Notes: a model not told the origin generated them from the letters alone. Shown: positions 1 to 7,675, numbered from the stretch's first letter. The stretch is DNA of 13,843 nucleotides from Candidatus Helarchaeota archaeon (GCA_029838215.1 JALGVI010000080.1:1-13843); one strand, 5' to 3'. Translations and numbers: made by a program.

Positions 1-867
1 CTTGGTTTTGGAATATTTCTTGCTGTTCTAATTGCTTTCTCATTTCAATCCATGACACTTTGGTATAGCTGGGTTCCGATGGCAGTACTTCTTGGATCTT
101 TCGATCTAGCTCAAATATTTCTCGGTTTAGGTTATATTTACTATTATTTTTTCATCTTTCTGATTCCCCTATTCTTCCTCTTTGGTTATTTTCAAATAAT
201 TTTTATCAAGTCAATGTATCGGACCATTAAGGAATTTGCTGAAAAACAAGGTCCAATCATGCGCAAGTTTTTGAAGGTTTTCAACATAATCCTAGCTCTA
301 TTTGTTCTGTGGTTCTGGATCGTGATATATTACTTCATAATCTACAATCCCTTCACGGCAGATTATCTTGCTGCCTTTACATCGTCGATCTTGGTTTTCT
401 CAGGAGGCATATTTCTCGCATTCGGAATGTTAATGCACGGATTGCCGTTGTCGTTTTTCGATTTTCTCATAACTTTTGATTTTGATGTGTTGAGCACGAT
501 GTTCACGATGTTCATAACGTTGCTCTTTTTGGTCTATTCGACGTTCCGTGCAATATATCATTTATCTTCTGAATCGGACAAAATTGGTGATGATGAAAAA
601 ATCTTCAATATTTTTACTCAAAAACAATCGTACAAATCACGGATCATCTTTGGTTTTGCATTATTGACGATTTTCATCGGAAGTATTGCCATATATTCTT
701 TCCTCTTGATTTACTTGCAAACCTCTATAAATTTAGGTGAATCCATATTAACCCCCCCCCTGAACATAATAGTTCTGTTTCTCGCCGTCATAGACAACCT
801 AAAATTGACAATATCCATCGTTGGTTTTGTCGTAGCTGTCATATATTTCTTTAAATACATGCGTTGA
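1..867 (+). CDS. Multi-pass membrane protein of unknown function, 5'-truncated by the window edge
   Basis: Frame 1 is open from base 1 (LGFGIFLAVLIAFSFQS-M...), so the ATG at 52 is internal or uncertain. About 7-8 long hydrophobic stretches. TGA stop at 865-867. No family motif recognised. Confidence 0.75.
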   Translation, partial: LGFGIFLAVLIAFSFQSMTLWYSWVPMAVLLGSFDLAQIFLGLGYIYYYFFIFLIPLFFLFGYFQIIFIKSMYRTIKEFAEKQGPIMRKFLKVFNIILALFVLWFWIVIYYFIIYNPFTADYLAAFTSSILVFSGGIFLAFGMLMHGLPLSFFDFLITFDFDVLSTMFTMFITLLFLVYSTFRAIYHLSSESDKIGDDEKIFNIFTQKQSYKSRIIFGFALLTIFIGSIAIYSFLLIYLQTSINLGESILTPPLNIIVLFLAVIDNLKLTISIVGFVVAVIYFFKYMR

Positions 868-1587
868 TTATTTCAGGACTTTCTTTTGTTCTGCAATGAT
901 TTCTTGGATGCCTTTCCAAGCAAATTCAATCATCTTATCTAATTGTGCTTTTGTAAACGTATTGCGTTCCCCTGTTGCTTGTATTTCAATAATTTCTCCT
1001 GATTCATCCATTACACAATTTAGATCTACTTCTACTTGCGAATCCTCTTCATAATCTAAATCCAGAAGTGGAATGTCATTTAGAATCCCAACACTAATCG
1101 CCGCCACGTGACCCTTGATCGGATCTTCGAAGAGGATGCCTCTCATTAATAATTTTTGAATGGCACTTTTCAAGGCGATAAATGCACCGGAAATCGAAGC
1201 TGTTCTGGTTCCACCATCTGCTTGGATGACGTCACAATCGAGAATGATGGATCGCTCTCCGAGAAGAGACATGTCCAATGATGCTCTAAGTGCCCTTCCG
1301 ATTAATCTTGAAATTTCCATTGTTCTTCCGTGAATCCTTCCAATCCGAGCCTCACGCTCGTTTCGAGTATGCGTGGCTGTCGGTATCATTGAATACTGTG
1401 CAGTCACCCAGCCAACGCCCCTTCCCTGCATGAAAGAAGGAACCGATTCTCGAACCGTTGCACTACATATGACTTTTGTATCTCCCATGCAAAATAACAC
1501 GCTTCCACTTGGATGTCTTAAATAATCAGGTCCCTCGATAGTAATTTTTCTACATTCGTCCAATTGTCGACCATCTGAACGCTCCAT
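868..1587 (-). CDS. rph: Ribonuclease PH, bacterial type (tRNA nucleotidyltransferase / 3'-5' phosphorolytic exoribonuclease)
   Basis: Starts MERSDGRQLD and carries the motifs GSVLFCMGDTKVIC, GWVTAQYSMIP, GRTMEISRLIGRALRA, DCDVIQADGGTRTASISG and LDLDYEEDS. ATG at 1587 gives 239 aa, the typical RNase PH length, with AAGGA upstream. The ORF-track start at 1605 is probably too long. Confidence 0.95.
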   Translation of the reverse strand: MERSDGRQLDECRKITIEGPDYLRHPSGSVLFCMGDTKVICSATVRESVPSFMQGRGVGWVTAQYSMIPTATHTRNEREARIGRIHGRTMEISRLIGRALRASLDMSLLGERSIILDCDVIQADGGTRTASISGAFIALKSAIQKLLMRGILFEDPIKGHVAAISVGILNDIPLLDLDYEEDSQVEVDLNCVMDESGEIIEIQATGERNTFTKAQLDKMIEFAWKGIQEIIAEQKKVLK

Positions 1588-1727
1588 GTTGTAACAATCC
1601 TTCAAAAAACAATTTAAAATTCATTTTTTTTGACGATTTATGTAATAAAAATTACTATTTGCTTTTAAACATAATGGATCACTTTTATGAAGTAAATTGG
1701 TGGAATTTACATGCTTGTTAAAATATC

Positions 1728-1733
1728 AAGGAG
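1728..1733 (+). promoter_or_regulatory. Shine-Dalgarno site (AAGGAG) for the amidohydrolase TTG start at 1742
   Basis: AAGGAG lies 8 nt before an in-frame TTG, which directly precedes QIIDFHIH, the usual N-terminus of the family. Confidence 0.7.
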
Positions 1734-1741
1734 TTTTTATC

Positions 1742-2680
1742 TTGCAGATCATTGATTTTCACATCCACTTATGGAAACAGGAATTTCTAACAAACGAATT
1801 CAAAAAAATGATGACCCGTTTTGCCGTCATGATGAACGTGCAAGAGTTTGATGATTTAGACTGCACGGCTGATAAATACTTGAAAGCAATAGAACCCGAA
1901 AAGGAAAAACACCGGGAATACGCCATCAAACATGCTCTCATATTTCCCGTAGATTATGCTTTTACTGCCGTGAAGTTTAAAATCTCATATGAGGAATACT
2001 TGAATTATATAGTCTCTGTTTGTGATGAACATGACGGGTTTTTCTCTTCATTGATAGGTCCTGATCCCAGGCACGGGCCGAAAGCTTTAGAATTAATCGA
2101 TCATTACATCACTCAATGCGGGTTCAAGGGAATTCTTCTCACTCCTTCTTTGGGATTCTCGCTTGAAGATCCCGTGATTGATAAGACGATTGAAAAAGCT
2201 GGTGAATATAAAGTTCCAATCATAATTCATGATGCAGGACTCGTTCCAAGACCTCTCAAATTAATGCGAAATCTTGTAATTCTTGATGAAATATTTTCAA
2301 AATATCCCAAACAAGTGTTTATCCTCTGCCCTTTTTCCCAAATGGATCCGACATTAATGAGAGTCGGGCTGAGACACAGAGAGCATCTAATGACTGACTT
2401 GTCTGCCTTTAATGCACGCTCCATAATGGGAAACATGCCAGACATGTTCAGGTCACAGCCGATCATTATGATGAACGATTCTTTTGGATCTGAAAAGATT
2501 CTTTTTGCTTCAGACTGGCCTTGGTACGAACAAGATATCCCCATTCGTGCATGGGTCGATGAAATCCGCAAGTTAAAAACACCGCTCTTTTTAAAACCAC
2601 TCGGACTTCCGTCAATTAATGATGAAAATAAAGAACGGATTTTAAGCCTGAATGCAAAAGAACTCTTGAAGCTTGATTAA
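1742..2680 (+). CDS. Amidohydrolase family protein (Amidohydro_2-like TIM-barrel metallohydrolase)
   Basis: IIDFHIH (DxHxH), GFKGI, VPIIIHD, GSEKILFASDWP and a C-terminal ILSLNAKELL. Start moved from 1697 to TTG 1742 on the basis of the SD site and the family N-terminus. Confidence 0.88.
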   Translation: MQIIDFHIHLWKQEFLTNEFKKMMTRFAVMMNVQEFDDLDCTADKYLKAIEPEKEKHREYAIKHALIFPVDYAFTAVKFKISYEEYLNYIVSVCDEHDGFFSSLIGPDPRHGPKALELIDHYITQCGFKGILLTPSLGFSLEDPVIDKTIEKAGEYKVPIIIHDAGLVPRPLKLMRNLVILDEIFSKYPKQVFILCPFSQMDPTLMRVGLRHREHLMTDLSAFNARSIMGNMPDMFRSQPIIMMNDSFGSEKILFASDWPWYEQDIPIRAWVDEIRKLKTPLFLKPLGLPSINDENKERILSLNAKELLKLD

Positions 2681-2712
2681 TTAATTAAAAAGATATTCGT
2701 GATGATGGTAAC

Positions 2713-3417
2713 ATGTTGACGCATCACGAGGTCATAAAAGAGTCGGACATCACGATAAAAACTGACTCGCAAGAAGCAATCAGGGTAGCCGTGGATGCCA
2801 TAAAATTTCATAGGAGAGAACTTGAAAACTACATTAGCAAGAATCCTCACTATGAAAGTTCTTTCGATCCCGTGCACGTTGATGCCGATGCTCCAGAAAT
2901 CGTGAAGATCATGGCTATAGAAAGTGAAAAATGTAACGTCGGTCCAATGGCTGGTGTGGCAGGAGCCCTCGCCGATCTCGGTGTTGCAAAAATGTTACGA
3001 GTAGGAGCAACAATTGCTGTCATCGAGAATGGTGGTGAAATTGCTCTTCAGACGAACTCAACTATCAACGTGGCTGTATTGGCGGGCAAGGCAACGCTTT
3101 CGGGAAAGGTCGGTTTTCGCATCACGCCAAAAGATTGCCCCTGTGGCATTGGGACATCGAGTGGTACTGTTGGACATGCTTTTAGTTTTGGTGTCGCAGA
3201 TGCGGCTGTCGTATTTGCAGAAAATGCAACATTAGGTGACGCTGCTGCAACCGCTGTTTGTAATGCCGTCCAAGGTGAAGATGTTGAACTTTCCATTCAA
3301 AAAGGATTAGAAGTTGCAGAAACAATAAAAGGGGTTCGTGGAGCATACATTCTTCGAGATGATAAGGCAGGTACGGTAGGGATGTTACCAAAATTCATAA
3401 AAATCGTTGATTTCTAA
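2713..3417 (+). CDS. UPF0280 family protein (ApbE-like superfamily, COG2122)
   Basis: HRRELENYI...P, VGPMAGVAGALAD, IENGGEIAL, GIGTSSGTVGHAFSFGVADA and GDAAATAVCN are the characteristic UPF0280 motifs. 234 aa. Confidence 0.9.
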   Translation: MLTHHEVIKESDITIKTDSQEAIRVAVDAIKFHRRELENYISKNPHYESSFDPVHVDADAPEIVKIMAIESEKCNVGPMAGVAGALADLGVAKMLRVGATIAVIENGGEIALQTNSTINVAVLAGKATLSGKVGFRITPKDCPCGIGTSSGTVGHAFSFGVADAAVVFAENATLGDAAATAVCNAVQGEDVELSIQKGLEVAETIKGVRGAYILRDDKAGTVGMLPKFIKIVDF

Positions 3418-3422
3418 ACATT

Positions 3423-3524
3423 CTAATGCAAGGTAAAGAAGAAAAACATGTAAATCAGGGCAGAAAGTACCACCACGGTCCCACAGAAAACATAAACAAC
3501 GAATATTTTAGTGTTATTATCCAT
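3423..3524 (-). CDS. Small single-pass membrane protein, 33 aa (MDNNTKIFVVYVFCGTVVVLSALIYMFFFFTLH)
   Basis: Translated by hand: ATG at 3524, TAG at 3423-3425, GGAGG (3537-3533) 8 nt upstream. A short polar N-terminus is followed by about 24 hydrophobic residues. It fills an otherwise empty gap and stops 5 nt from the convergent UPF0280 stop. It is below the size cutoff of the ORF track. Confidence 0.7.
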   Translation of the reverse strand: MDNNTKIFVVYVFCGTVVVLSALIYMFFFFTLH

Positions 3525-3532
3525 TTCGTTTT

Positions 3533-3537
3533 CCTCC
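3533..3537 (-). promoter_or_regulatory. Shine-Dalgarno site (GGAGG) of the 33-aa ORF
   Basis: The minus strand reads GTGGAGGAAAACGAA-ATG. Confidence 0.65.
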
Positions 3538-3579
3538 ACGAATGCATAAAGTTTCTTATACTAGTTGTCTCCAATTAGA

Positions 3580-3594
3580 TTTTATATCTTTTCG
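3580..3594. promoter_or_regulatory. Candidate archaeal TATA element between the divergent 33-aa ORF and the MFS gene
   Basis: The plus strand reads TTTTATAT and the minus strand reads CGAAAAG-ATATAAAA. It lies about 55 nt from each start codon. Pattern match only. Confidence 0.3.
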
Positions 3595-3640
3595 TCATGA
3601 GTTTTCTCGATCTTCGATTTACCTGAAGAGGTTTTTCACA

Positions 3641-5518
3641 TTGGAAGAAAAAAAGACAAGAAAACGTAGTGCAAGGAAGCGCGACCAAGATGATTTTTTT
3701 GGTTCAACTCCTCGAAGTCTCCGCTATATCATATTATTGACGATTGCTGCTTCGATAGTGAATTTTTTTGATGGTTGGGCAACATCCGTGATGGCTTTTG
3801 CCCTTCCCGTTGATCCCAAGGTTGAAGCCACGGGATTGCCCACAATTTATGATTATTTTGGTTTTACGATGTATTCCTTTCACGTCCCGTTAATATTTAT
3901 CATCGCAGGTCTTGGCGTCATGTCTGCCATTGTCTTTAAATGGGCAGCAGATAAGTATGGGCGAAAACCCCTCTATCTAATTACAGCATCGGGATTTATC
4001 ATTTTCACGGTTATTAGTGCCTTTGTCCCACCAGGTTCTATCTTTTTTCCCACGTTTCTATTAGTTCGATATTTTGCTAATCTCTTTCTAGCTGCAGATT
4101 TAATCATGGTCATCATAACTGAAGAGGCTCCAAGCAAGTATCGCGGTCGTTTGATCGCATTCACCGTATCAATGAATCTAATGGGAACATTGGCAGTGAC
4201 AATGATACATTTTTCGAATATTGCAATCCCCATACCCACGCTCTCGGGAATTCTGGTATTGACAACTTGGCAGGCGATGTTTTTCCTTAATATCTTCGGA
4301 TTTGCCTTTATATTTCCAATATATGCATTCATGAAAGAAACAAAACGCTTTCAATCAATGAAAAAATATGAAGCATATAAAAAAGTGAAAAAGGCAGAAC
4401 AAATCGAGAGATCCATCTGGATTAGAAGGCGGTTGCTTCAAGATTATTATCCATTCATGAGTAAGAAAATGTACCTGGACTTACTCGAAGAACGAAAAAT
4501 ATTCGACCAGTCGTGGATCGTGCCTTTAAAAAAGCAATACCTCCGTCCTTTATTGCTTGCAGTCGTTCCGTATGTCGCCATTCAGATGATTCTCATTGCT
4601 GTCGTGCAATACATGCCGCTCATGCTTTCGAATGAACTTTACATCCCTAACTGGGAACTTCTAATGATTCCATTCATCATCGTCGGTTTCGCGGGCGTGT
4701 TTTTCACGATGTACGTGATGGACCGTTGGGATAGGAAAGTCCTTGCCCTTCGTGGTGCGATCGGTATATTTTTTGGAGGTCTTTTAATTGCAGTACCCTC
4801 AGCATTCATACATCCTCCATTGCAATATGCTGGAAATTGGGTTTTATTTGCTGCAGACAACCCTGGTTTTTGTCAGTTGTTACTAACGTTCAGGCCGATA
4901 AACATAGTTCTCATGATTTCAGGCTTCTGCATTGGTGGATTTGCTGGACCATTAACACTTGCTGCAATTTCCGTCATGCCCTTGGAAATGACTCCAACAC
5001 ACATCTTAGGAACTGCGACAGGATGGTGGGGATTCTTTCAGAAAATTCCAACAATTCTTTCACCAACGATCATTTTTTGGGGCGCAATGATGGTAGCAGG
5101 AACCTCTGGTGTTGGATCCGGTGGATTAACGTTTGCTTGGTCCTACTTCTCCATTGGTATCTTTCTCATAACCGGTGTCTATACCATCGTTTATCTCGCC
5201 CCTGCAAAAGGAACGAGTCGTGGAAAAACCATCGAAGAAATATTATTCACGCAACAAAAACTTGGACTATCCCGAGAAAGAAGTCGAAAATATGAATACA
5301 TTCTACTGACCGCTACTTACCTCATTTACTTCTTCTGCACGTATATTTACGGCTTCATACTCAACGTGTATTACTTTGGTTTTAATCCCGTGATACCATT
5401 AATTCAGGTGCTCTTAATAGAAGGTTCGATAAGCATTGGCTTGATGATTGCCGTCATTTACGTGCGTGAAAAAGTCGTTGGTGTGGCTCCATACAAGCCT
5501 GAGGTGAAAAAGAAATAA
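3641..5518 (+). CDS. MFS transporter, sugar-porter/SV2-like, with a C-terminal two-helix extension
   Basis: Motif A twice (ADKYGRK, MDRWDRK), EEAPSKYRGR (ExxPxxxRG), KETKRF after TM6, EMTPTHILG, and PAKGTSRGKTIEEI resembling the PETKGKTLEEI signature. TTG 3641 has GAGGT 8 nt upstream (3628-3632), so it is preferred over ATG 3542. Confidence 0.88.
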   Translation: MEEKKTRKRSARKRDQDDFFGSTPRSLRYIILLTIAASIVNFFDGWATSVMAFALPVDPKVEATGLPTIYDYFGFTMYSFHVPLIFIIAGLGVMSAIVFKWAADKYGRKPLYLITASGFIIFTVISAFVPPGSIFFPTFLLVRYFANLFLAADLIMVIITEEAPSKYRGRLIAFTVSMNLMGTLAVTMIHFSNIAIPIPTLSGILVLTTWQAMFFLNIFGFAFIFPIYAFMKETKRFQSMKKYEAYKKVKKAEQIERSIWIRRRLLQDYYPFMSKKMYLDLLEERKIFDQSWIVPLKKQYLRPLLLAVVPYVAIQMILIAVVQYMPLMLSNELYIPNWELLMIPFIIVGFAGVFFTMYVMDRWDRKVLALRGAIGIFFGGLLIAVPSAFIHPPLQYAGNWVLFAADNPGFCQLLLTFRPINIVLMISGFCIGGFAGPLTLAAISVMPLEMTPTHILGTATGWWGFFQKIPTILSPTIIFWGAMMVAGTSGVGSGGLTFAWSYFSIGIFLITGVYTIVYLAPAKGTSRGKTIEEILFTQQKLGLSRERSRKYEYILLTATYLIYFFCTYIYGFILNVYYFGFNPVIPLIQVLLIEGSISIGLMIAVIYVREKVVGVAPYKPEVKKK

Positions 5519-5533
5519 ATCGAAGTGAAAAAA

Positions 5534-5764
5534 ATGGATGACAAGAAATTCGCGTATTTTGAACTTAAAGCTCGAAACTCGACCTTGATGAACATAACTA
5601 AAGAAATGATCAACAAGCTCACGAATGAATTACATTCTCTGGAAGAATTTCAAAAAAAATTCGAGAATGAAGTGCCACTTCATTCAATTATCAATCCTTT
5701 TGAAGATATCGAGAAGAAGCTTGGATTGATCTTTCGAGCATATGAAAGCGCATATGAAGAATGA
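5534..5764 (+). CDS. Small alpha-helical (coiled-coil-like) hypothetical protein
   Basis: Open frame from GTG 5525 or ATG 5534 directly after the MFS stop. Charged amphipathic helical pattern. Fills the gap to the convergent GT2 gene. Confidence 0.65.
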   Translation: MDDKKFAYFELKARNSTLMNITKEMINKLTNELHSLEEFQKKFENEVPLHSIINPFEDIEKKLGLIFRAYESAYEE

Positions 5765-5791
5765 GCTTTAAAAAGGCAAGCTTCGCCATTT

Positions 5792-6628
5792 TCATCTTTT
5801 TTTCTGTTCTTTTACAAACTCGCTTAATTTTTTTGCCTGTGCAAGTCGTTGTTTCATTCGATCTGCTGTAATGAATCGTGGATTTGTAAAAACCAACACG
5901 TTTCTCAATAATATGAATTTTCCCTTCCCGTGTTTCTTTATAATTTCTCGAATTTCCTGACTGAACATCGCATCGATTCCTTTCGATCCAGGGACTTGCT
6001 TGAAACCCCCTATTTCCTGAAAGATCTCTTTTTTCACGCACATGTTACAACCTGCAAGTTCGGTAAACCCGAGGAGATTCCGCATGTTGTACCACAAGTG
6101 CATGTTGATTGTTATCATGTAATAGTTGTTAAAAAGAGGCGGATGCTTCTTTTTACGAAGATGGTTTGCCCAAATGCTTAATAATACCATAATCGGGTAT
6201 GCCAAAGGGTTTGTAACTGATAAAAACGTGAAGAGAAACAACCAGAATGATCTAAAAGGTCCCCCATCATAAAAAAAAGGTGCTCCACACGCATAAAGGT
6301 CTTTTTTCTTCTGAAAGAGTCGGTAAACTTCCCTCAAGTAATTGTCCGGGAGATACGTGTCTGCATCAATGAAAATAAGGATTTCACCCTTCGCCTGCGA
6401 TGCCGCATGATTTACCTGAAAAGTCTTTCCACGCCGTGGAGAAATGAGGACCTTTGCAAATCGTTTTGCGATCTCAACAGTCCTGTCCGTGCTTTGTCCA
6501 TCAACAACAATTATTTCGTGAGGAATTGTTTGGTCCTGATTCTTAATCGTAAGCAACGTTCGCTCAATATCTTTTTCCTCATTGAATGTCGGGATGATAA
6601 ATGACACGACAGGAGATTCTGATTTCAT
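5792..6628 (-). CDS. Glycosyltransferase family 2 (GT-A fold)
   Basis: VSFIIPTFNEE, EIIVVDGQSTDRT, GEILIFIDADT (DxD), GCNMCVKKEIFQEIGGF. Central hydrophobic segment FWLFLFTFLSV...IMVLLSIW. Start is ATG 6628 or TTG 6673. Confidence 0.9.
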   Translation of the reverse strand: MKSESPVVSFIIPTFNEEKDIERTLLTIKNQDQTIPHEIIVVDGQSTDRTVEIAKRFAKVLISPRRGKTFQVNHAASQAKGEILIFIDADTYLPDNYLREVYRLFQKKKDLYACGAPFFYDGGPFRSFWLFLFTFLSVTNPLAYPIMVLLSIWANHLRKKKHPPLFNNYYMITINMHLWYNMRNLLGFTELAGCNMCVKKEIFQEIGGFKQVPGSKGIDAMFSQEIREIIKKHGKGKFILLRNVLVFTNPRFITADRMKQRLAQAKKLSEFVKEQKKR

Positions 6629-6676
6629 GTAGATCAATTCGAAAAAAGTCTTTTTTTGTATTTGGCTAATCAAGAG

Positions 6677-6700
6677 AAAAAAAAAAGAATGAGAGAAAAA
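6677..6700 (-). terminator. T-rich tract after the CDP-alcohol phosphotransferase stop (possible archaeal oligo-T terminator)
   Basis: The minus strand after the TAG reads TTTTT-CTCTCATTC-T10. Confidence 0.35.
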
Positions 6701-7675
6701 CTATTTTGGTTCGCTTAATTCAGAATCAAGGTGTTTCTTCCCGTGTTGCACCAAGAGTATCGTTGATATTATCGTGAACGCCATGTAGATGCAAAACAAT
6801 ATGATGATCCAATATTGCACGAAAAATGCATCAATACCCCACCAAAACGGCGTGCCAAACACGAATGGATATTGAAAATGTAATACCTTTGAAATGCCAA
6901 CACCAAGTCCTAACGGAATATACATGATAATGCGTGTTGGACGTTCCCCTGGAGTTATGAACGTAATGTGCAACCCTAGTCCCTGTTGTCGAGCCCTGCA
7001 ATACTCTTGAATCAAAATTTGAAACATGTAGATGACGATGAAAATAACGAGCCCTACGACAATTGTTTGCGTGAGTTCAAGATTTCCCATTCCCATGTAA
7101 CGGAAGAAAGTCGGAAAATTATCTGCCACGAAATATGCAACTCCTGCATACCAAAAGATATCTCCATACTTGTCAAGGACATGATCATAGAATGCTCCTG
7201 TTTTAGATCCCTTATCCGTAACATATGCCAGACAACCATCTATTGAATCCAAAGTCCCTGAAAATACAACGAGGATCGCCGTTCCGAGAATCCACGGTCC
7301 TCCCATGAGCCATAGCATGAAAACCCAGCAGGCAAGCAAGAAACTAAGGATGGACACTTTATTTGGCGTAAATCCTATGCGAGCATATTGCTTGGAAAAG
7401 AATAACATGATCTTCAGATAAGGCTTCAAAGGTCCTTCATCACTTTCGGGAGGTTTGTCCCAATCATGAGTCGTAGCCCATTTTTTCAGGTAGTCCTCAT
7501 AAGTCAGTTTTAATTTCTCTGGAGGAACTGGCTCACGTTTGAGAATGACCAATACAAAGAACGCAACAGTAGCAATTATCAGGGCAAAGAAAATAATTAT
7601 TCGAAATAAATCGAATGCAAGTGTTTTTGGCGTCACATCAACAAAAATCGGAAAAAAAATGCTTAGAAATGACAT
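6701..7675 (-). CDS. CDP-alcohol phosphatidyltransferase family protein with an N-terminal TM extension (archaetidylinositol-phosphate synthase / PgsA-like)
   Basis: TPNKVS, then DSIDGCLAY-x8-GAFYDHVLDKYGD, which matches DxxDGxxA(R)...GxxxDxxxD, and GERPTR. ATG 7675 has GAAGGA upstream. The exact substrate cannot be determined from the sequence. Confidence 0.88.
   Translation of the reverse strand: MSFLSIFFPIFVDVTPKTLAFDLFRIIIFFALIIATVAFFVLVILKREPVPPEKLKLTYEDYLKKWATTHDWDKPPESDEGPLKPYLKIMLFFSKQYARIGFTPNKVSILSFLLACWVFMLWLMGGPWILGTAILVVFSGTLDSIDGCLAYVTDKGSKTGAFYDHVLDKYGDIFWYAGVAYFVADNFPTFFRYMGMGNLELTQTIVVGLVIFIVIYMFQILIQEYCRARQQGLGLHITFITPGERPTRIIMYIPLGLGVGISKVLHFQYPFVFGTPFWWGIDAFFVQYWIIILFCIYMAFTIISTILLVQHGKKHLDSELSEPK

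Noticed and set aside
868-1605. Calling this gene archaeal exosome subunit Rrp41, or using the start at 1605
   Set aside because: The motifs are the bacterial RNase PH type, and the family N-terminus (M.R.DGR) begins at ATG 1587.
1759-3391. ORFs 1759-1941, 2227-2571, 2677-2877, 3014-3235, 3048-3296 and 3182-3391
   Set aside because: They are antisense or alternate-frame shadows of the amidohydrolase and UPF0280 genes and have no recognisable motifs.
3973-5295. ORFs 3973-4332, 4639-4860 and 4837-5295
   Set aside because: They lie entirely within the MFS gene on the other strand or frame and show no protein-like signatures.
5765-5791. Hairpin terminator between the 79-aa gene and GT2 (GGC-AAGCTTC-GCC)
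   Set aside because: The stem is only 3 perfect bp, too weak to call.
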